64,000 bases of DNA from the human T2T-CHM13v2.0 reference genome, Homo sapiens, in NCBI RefSeq assembly GCF_009914755.1, contig NC_060927.1. One strand, 5' to 3'. The position numbers and the translations under genes were made by a program. Shown one piece after another: positions 57,666-64,000 of the stretch (position 1 is the stretch's first letter; every line of letters starts with the position of its first letter). The notes beneath the pieces are model-generated. The model ran no database searches, had not been told where the DNA came from, and worked only from the letters and a program-made list of their open reading frames with translations.

Positions 57666-60119
57666 TGACTCCTACTGTTTCCCCAGCTCTAACAACTGAC
57701 AACACTTAGTATCTTTTTCCCATAGTTTTGTCACCCCCAAACATTAAGTAAATGGACATTCGAGGCTGTGAGGGCAAAATTATGAGAAGTTGGAACTCGG
57801 AAGCTGGTTTTTTATGGGATTTTACTAATTTTCCCTATTTGACTTTTCAAGTGAATCACACTTTTCTTCCTGTAACCTTCCTATTCAGGTATGATATTTG
57901 AAGTGGGTCATGTTACATACCTCCCTGTCCCCTTCCATCGACAACTTAACCTTTTCATTATTCAACATGAGCCTAATATTACAGTCATGAGAAATATTTT
58001 CCCCAAAACAATAGGTGCTACATGTCATATTCCTTGACGTTCCTGCAAAGTTTCTCTTAATCCTCAAGTGTACTTTCTTGAAAGCCCACTTCAATAAACA
58101 TCCCACCCCATTAAATATCTTAGAAGTAACTCCACACATATGAAAATGCTACAGCTCTTGTAGTTATATTTTGGTTAAAATTCAATTGAAGATCATTACC
58201 AATAATAACAATGACACCAATAAAACAAGAAAAATAATGCATGTCAATCACATATGTAAACAGGGACAAAAGGTTTAGCTTAAGTGGAATGGCATGTATT
58301 TATTAAATACATAAGGATTTTGTTATTAGAGGACAGATTTCTGATATCAAATGCAAAATATCTGAAGTTCAAACTTGCTAGTGAAAAGCCACTCTCGGGG
58401 TGAATGTAAAGACTATAATTCTCATTAATAATGGCTTCAGTTAATTATAAACCTTTTAATTAATAAATAACTCAAAGTTATGATATCGGTGTAAATAGAA
58501 AACCAGTCATATTATTTGCTGATTCTTTTTTTAAAATTTAAATATCAACCAGAATTACGGTCCTTTGTAATGACATAGATAGTTTATGTTCACATACATT
58601 TATTCTTAATATTCTGATATGTTAAAAAGCAGAATAATGAACATAAAATAGAAAATACAAATAAAAAACTAGAGGAAGATAATCAGAGTTTTTGTTACAT
58701 GATATTTTGCTCTTATTTATACATTATAATATTTTCTGTAGCTTGTTCACATGTTGTTCATGCAAGTAGAATGTGCATCTCCAAACATTAGAGATCAGAG
58801 CTCTGCACAAAGTTAGTGTTTGATATGTGAAATAAGAATATTAAAAGCTTTTCAAAAATTGTTAAGTAACTGTGACATTTCGAATTTTCTGGGTTTTATT
58901 TGCTACCCAAGAAAGAGCTAGCAATTTGTTAGCATTAAGAAGTACTTATCACTAAAGAATTCTCTCTAGTATTCACATGAGAATGGCCGAAGAATGTGAT
59001 GCCATCATTGTGACAGCCTGACTTCACACCTCCTACTGACAAGATCCCAATTTGAGTGTCTGCTTCAGCTTTTGGACTAGAAAAGTCCATAGTTTTCCGT
59101 GGTCATTTGTACCTCATCATTTCAACTGTGAGCAAAAGAGAGACATGAAAGGAAGCTGACATTTTCACAAGAGATCATCAGATTTAATGAATCAAATTTA
59201 ACTCAATATCTCACTTTCTTAGGAATATTTAGTCATTTCCATGCTACAACAAATGCAATTGATTGGAAAGCAATGGAGAAATGAGACTAAACACATTTTC
59301 TGTGGAGTAAAATGTTTCTAAATATTCCATTTCACTGACACTGAAATGCTAAACAGCTAAAGTTTTTCTTAATCTGGATTAGAAAATAACTTTTGCATTT
59401 TCCCCAAATTTTTCCTAAGATGGTTGTTATTTTGTAATTTTAATAGTGATCTTTGCCAGTATATAGAGAAGGGCTCATTTTATAAGTTGTTTGAGCAAAT
59501 ATCAATATGTGTATTGCTCACTCTAGGCAAATTAGATGGATTATGAGATTCAAGACTAACAGTCAGATACATTATGGGTGATTAATGCATGACAACGGGT
59601 TAATCACAAGATTTCTTTTAAAAGTATGCATGTATAATATGTTTTGATAGACAGCAATAACATTACACACACCTTCCAATGAGACAGAAACAACGTAAGA
59701 ATGTGCCTATCCTGAAATGAAAAATAAAATGAGAGTTTAACAAGTATTTCAGAAAAGTACCTTTAGCGTCTTTTTCTTCTCTTTCATTGGTTGATGTTGT
59801 TTCAGGTATACAATTATCATATGAATGAAAACTCTAGTTCATGGCACATAGTAAATGTTCAGTAAACAAATGTTATTTTAAAAGTTGAATAAAGAAACTT
59901 GAAATAATTATTTATTTAAATAAGAAAATGTTTATAATCTAAGTGGTACTTGTGCTGTTATATAAAAATCATTTCCTCATTTTAAAACAGTTTTGTGGTG
60001 TGCTTAATATTATACACCTTTGCCTATATGTGACTGTCAAATAACAGCTCTTTACTTTAGAGGCATTCCAAAGCTGCAGTTTAAGTAAATACTACATATG
60101 CTTTGAAGAGAATCCATTT

Positions 60120-60420
60120 TTCATGTAAAAGCAACTTTACCAACAACACCCCTACCAACACCCTCATCAGCTTATTTCCTGAACCGTTGCAATAGCTCTT
60201 TACCTGATACCCTTCCCTCTAATCTCCCCATACTCCAATTCAACCTTCCACTCAATGTGTGGTTAATCTTCCCAAGATCCTTCACGTAATACATTTTAAT
60301 ACATTTTAAAATCAAAACCATCATATATATTGCTAGAGGGTATACATTATTTTTTATAGTCCCCTCAAACTCTAGGATGCAGGAATGTGAACCAATGAGG
60401 TACTCAATAAATGCTGAATA
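60120..60420 (+). mobile_element. L2 fragments
   Basis: TTGCAATAGCTC...; terminus GGTACTCAATAAATGCTGAAT. Confidence 0.6.
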
Positions 60421-60429
60421 ACAGAGTGC

Positions 60430-60640
60430 ACACTATCTGGTTTCAGTCCTGACTGTCCCTTATTAGCTATGTGCCCTGACTACTTAAGTCATAGAAGCTT
60501 CCGTGTCCTCTTTCCATAAATGAAGACAATAACAATATTTACCTTATAAGGTTATTCTGAAAATCAACCTGATAATTTATGTGAAGGGCTCAGCACTGTA
60601 GCGGTCATATAATAAGTTCTTGAGAATATTGCTATAGACT
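60430..60640 (+). mobile_element. MIR
   Basis: CTTATTAGCTATGTG...TCCTCTTTCCATAAATGAAGACAATAACA...TATGTGAAGGGCTCAGCAC. Confidence 0.78.
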
Positions 60641-60788
60641 AGTTGCTACTAGTGTTAACAGGAAATTTTCTCGCAACTCTTCCCTGCCATGACCCGATCA
60701 AAAAGCACACATACTCCCTACTACTATTTGTCTAATGTGGGTGGTTCCTACTCAGCTCAGCCCATTTTACTGACAATACATACTTTTT

Positions 60789-61219
60789 GGTCAGGCCTCT
60801 GAGCCCAAGCCAAGCCATCACATCCCCTATGACTTGCACGTATACATCCAGATGGCCTGAAGTAACTGAAGATCCACAAAAGAAGTAAAAATAGCCTTAA
60901 CTGATGACATTCCACCATTGTGATTTGTTTCTGCCCCACCCAAACTGATCAATGTACTTTGTAATCTCCCCCACCCTTAAGAAGGTTCTTTGTAATTCTC
61001 TCCACCCTTGAGAATGTACTTTGTGAGATCCACCACTGCCCGCAAAACATTGCTCCTAACTCCACCACCTATCCCAAAACCTATAAGAACTAATGATAAT
61101 CCACCACCTTTTGCTGACTTTCTTTTCCGACTAAGCCCGCCTGCACCCAGGTGAAATAAACAGCCATGCTGCTCACACAAAGCCTGTTTGGTGGTCTCTT
61201 CACATGGACGCGCATGAAA
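60789..61219 (+). mobile_element. HERV-H 5' LTR, type II (LTR7B-like)
   Basis: GTCAGGCCTCTGAGCCCAAGC...GACGCGCATGAAA; type-II repeats TACTTTGTAATCTCCCCCACCCTTAAGAA; CAAAACATTGCTCC block; TATAAGA at 61082; AATAAA at 61155. Confidence 0.93.
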
Positions 61220-61221
61220 TT

Positions 61222-61239
61222 TGGTGCCGTGACTCAGAT
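61222..61239 (+). promoter_or_regulatory. tRNA-His primer-binding site
   Basis: TGGTGCCGTGACTCAGAT, one mismatch to TGGTGCCGTGACTCGGAT. Confidence 0.9.
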
Positions 61240-61362
61240 CAGAGGACCTCCCTTGGGAGATCAATCCCCTGTCCTCTTGTTGTTTGCTCCGTGAGAAAGA
61301 TCCACCTACGACCTCAGGTCCTCAGACCAACCAGCCCAAGAAACATCTCACCAATTTTAAAT

Positions 61363-61371
61363 CGGGTAAGT
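61363..61371 (+). promoter_or_regulatory. HERV-H major splice donor
   Basis: CGG|GTAAGT about 150 nt after the LTR, the usual HERV-H donor position. Confidence 0.75.
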
Positions 61372-61814
61372 GGCCTCTTCTTACTCTCTTCTCCAACCTC
61401 TCTCACTGTCCCTCATCCACTTTCTCCTTTCCACTCTTCAATCTCTCCCTTCTCTTAATTTCAATTCCTTTCATTTTCTGGTAGAGACAAAGGAGACACG
61501 TTTTATTCGTGGACCCAAAACTCTGGCGCCGGTCACGGACTAGGGCAGGCAGGCTTCCCTTGGTGTTTAATCATTGCAGGGACGCCTCTCTGATTATTCA
61601 CCCAGGTTTCAGAGGTGTCAGACCACGCAGGGATGCCTGCCTTGGTCCTTCACCCTTAGCGGCAAGTCCTGCTTTTCTGGGGAAGGGGCAAGTACCCCAA
61701 CCCCTTCTCTAGTGTCTCTACCCCTTCTCTGCCTTTCTGGGGGGCAATAAATCCCCAACCCTTTCTCCTTCACCCTGAGTGGCAAGTCCCGCTTTCCTAG
61801 AGGAGAGGCAAGTA

Positions 61815-62035
61815 CCCCAACCTCATATCTCTGTGCCCCAATCCCTTATTTCCCCACCCCAACCTCTTATCTCTGCACCCAATCCCTTATTTCCGCGCCC
61901 CAACCTCTTATATCTCTGCGCCCCAATCCCTTATTTCCACACCCCAACCTCTTATCTCTGCGCCCCATCCCTTATTTCCACACCCCGACCTCTTACCTCT
62001 GCGCCCCAACCCCTTATTTCTGCGCCCCAACCCCT
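61815..62035 (+). repeat. HERV-H leader tandem repeat (about 20-bp alternating units)
   Basis: CCCCAACCTCTTATCTCTGCG / CCCCAATCCCTTATTTCC units. Confidence 0.85.
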
Positions 62036-62122
62036 TTCCCACTTTTCTGGAAGGTAAGAACCCCCGAACCCCTTCCCTCCATTTCTCTACTCTCTCTTTT
62101 CTCTAGGCTTGCTTCCTTCACT

Positions 62123-63345
62123 ATGGGCAACCTTCCACCCTCCATTCCTCCTTCTTCTCCCTTAGCCTGTGTCCTCAAAAACTTAAAACCTCTTCAACTC
62201 TCACCTGACATAAAATCTAAGCATCTTATTTTCTTCTGCAATGCCGCTTGACCCCAATACAAACTCGACAGTAGTTCCAAATAGCCGGAAAATGGCACTT
62301 TCAATTTTTCCATCCTACAAGATCTAAATAATTCTTGTTGTAAAATGGGCAAATGGTCTGAGGTGCCTGACGTCCAGGCATTCTTTTACACATCAGTCCC
62401 TTCCTAGTCTCTGTGCCCAGTGCAACTCGTCCCATATCTTCCTTCTTTCCCTCCCGTCTGTCCCCTCAGTACCAACCCCAAGCATCGCTGAGTCTTTCTA
62501 ATCTTCCTTTTCTACAAACCCATCTGACCTCTCCCCTCCTCCCCAGGCTGCTCCTCGCCAGGCTGAGCTAGGTCCCAATTCTTCCTCAGCCTCTGCTCCC
62601 CCACCCTATACTCTTTTTATCACCTCCCCTCCTAACACCTGGTCCGGCTTACAGTTTCCTTCTCTGACTAGCCCTCCCCCTCCTGCCCAGCAATTTACTC
62701 TTAAAATGGTGGCTGGACCTAAAGGCATAGTCAAGGTTAATGCTCCTTTTTCTTTATCCCAAATCAGATAGCGTTTAGGCTCTTTTTCATCAAATATAAA
62801 AATCCAGCCCAGTTCATGACTTGTTTGGCAGCAACCCTGAGACACTTTACAGCCCTATACCCTAAAAGGTCAAAAGGCCGTCTTATTCTCAAAATACATT
62901 TTATTACCCAATCTGCTCCCGACATTAAATAAAACTCCAAAAATTAAATTCCGGCCCTCAAACCCCACAACAGGATTTAATTAACCTCGCCTTCAAGGTG
63001 TACAATAATAGAAAAAAGTGGCAATTCCTTGCCTCCACTGTGAGACAAACCCCAGCCACATCTCCAGCACACAAGAACTTCCAAATGCCTGAACCGCAGT
63101 GGCCAGGCGTTCCTCCAGAACCTCCTCCCCCAGGAGCTTGCTACAAGTGCCAGAAATCTGGCCACCAGGCCAAGGAATGCCTGCAGCCCAGGATTCCTCA
63201 TAAGCCATGTCCCATCTGTGTGGGACCCCACTGAATATCGGACTGTTCAACTCACCTGGCAGCCACTCCCAGAGCCCCTGGAACTCTGGCCCAAGGATCT
63301 CTGACTCCTTCCCAGATCTTCTCGGCTTAGCGGCTAAAGACTAAC
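62123..63345 (+). pseudogene. gag: HERV-H gag remnant with NC zinc knuckles
   Basis: ATGGGCAAC start; CYKCQKSGHQAKEC CCHC knuckle; second knuckle CPICVGPH followed by a stop. Confidence 0.88.
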
Positions 63346-63389
63346 GCTGCCTGATCACCTCGGAAGCCCCATAAACCATCACGGACGCC

Positions 63390-64000
63390 GAGCATCAGGT
63401 AACTCTCACAGTGGAAGGTAAGTCCATCCCCTTCTTAATCAATACAGAGGCTACCCACTCCACATTACCTTATTTTCAAGGGCCTGTTTCCCTTGCCTCC
63501 ATAACTGTTGTGGGTATTGACGGCCAGGCTTCTAAACCTCTTAAAACTCCCCAACTCTGGTGGCAACTTAAACAATAGTCTTTTAAGCACTCCTTTTAGT
63601 TATCCCCACCTGCCCAGTTCCCTTATTAGGGCGAGCCACTTTAACTAAATTATCTGCTTCCCTGACTATTCCTGGATTACAGCTACATCTCATTGCTGCC
63701 CTTCTTCCCAATCCAAAGCCTCCTTTGCTTCCTCCTCTTGTATTCCCCCACTTTAACCCACAAGTAAAAGATACCTCTACTCCCTCCTTGGCGACTGATC
63801 ACGCACCCCTTACCATCTCATTAAAACCTCATCACCCTTACCCCGATCAATGCCAATATCCCATCCCACAGCAAGCTTTGAAAGGGTTAAAGCCTGTTAT
63901 CACTCACCTGCTACAGCATGGCCTTTTAAAGCCTATAAACTCTCCTTACAATTCCCCCATTTTACCTGTCCTAAAACCAGGCAAGCCTAACAAGTTAGTT
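63390..64000 (+). pseudogene. pol: HERV-H pro and start of pol, inactive
   Basis: FLINTEATHS replaces the DTGA active site; PTCPVPLLGR; start of RT. Confidence 0.85.

Larger units (their letters stand above)
61220..64000 (+). mobile_element. HERV-H internal region, continues beyond the window
   Basis: C-rich leader, then gag, pro and the start of RT (NSPYNSPILPVLKP at the window end). Confidence 0.96.

Overview
AT-rich primate (most likely human or great-ape) intergenic or deep-intronic DNA with no recognisable cellular protein-coding exon. The supplied ORFs are Alu-, L1- or ERV-derived, or chance ORFs. Most of the window is transposable element sequence. The main elements are a full-length HERV-L provirus (MLT2A2 LTRs, CATGG TSD, 37629-44619) inserted into an MLT1D LTR, the 5' part of a HERV-H provirus with a type-II (LTR7B-like) LTR (60789 to the window end), and a solo MER11 LTR with a TCACTG TSD. 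There are also eight Alus, several L1, HAL1, L2 and MIR relics, and Tigger3, MER58A, MER5A and MADE1 DNA-transposon fossils. I see no evidence of a new gene system. The most unusual signals are structural. (1) Four separate short templated insertions, each a direct copy of sequence 1.4-2.4 kb away, most with AT-rich iterated filler. (2) A tail-to-tail Alu pair built on a triplicated target site, able to form an approximately 640-bp, almost loop-less hairpin. (3) Five TCF/LEF motifs within about 200 bp of unique DNA. (4) A short L1 3' transduction. (5) Two co-oriented ERV promoters of families known to be active in cleavage-stage embryos. Repeat subfamily calls come from recalled consensus features and need RepeatMasker/Dfam confirmation; boundaries of old repeats are approximate.
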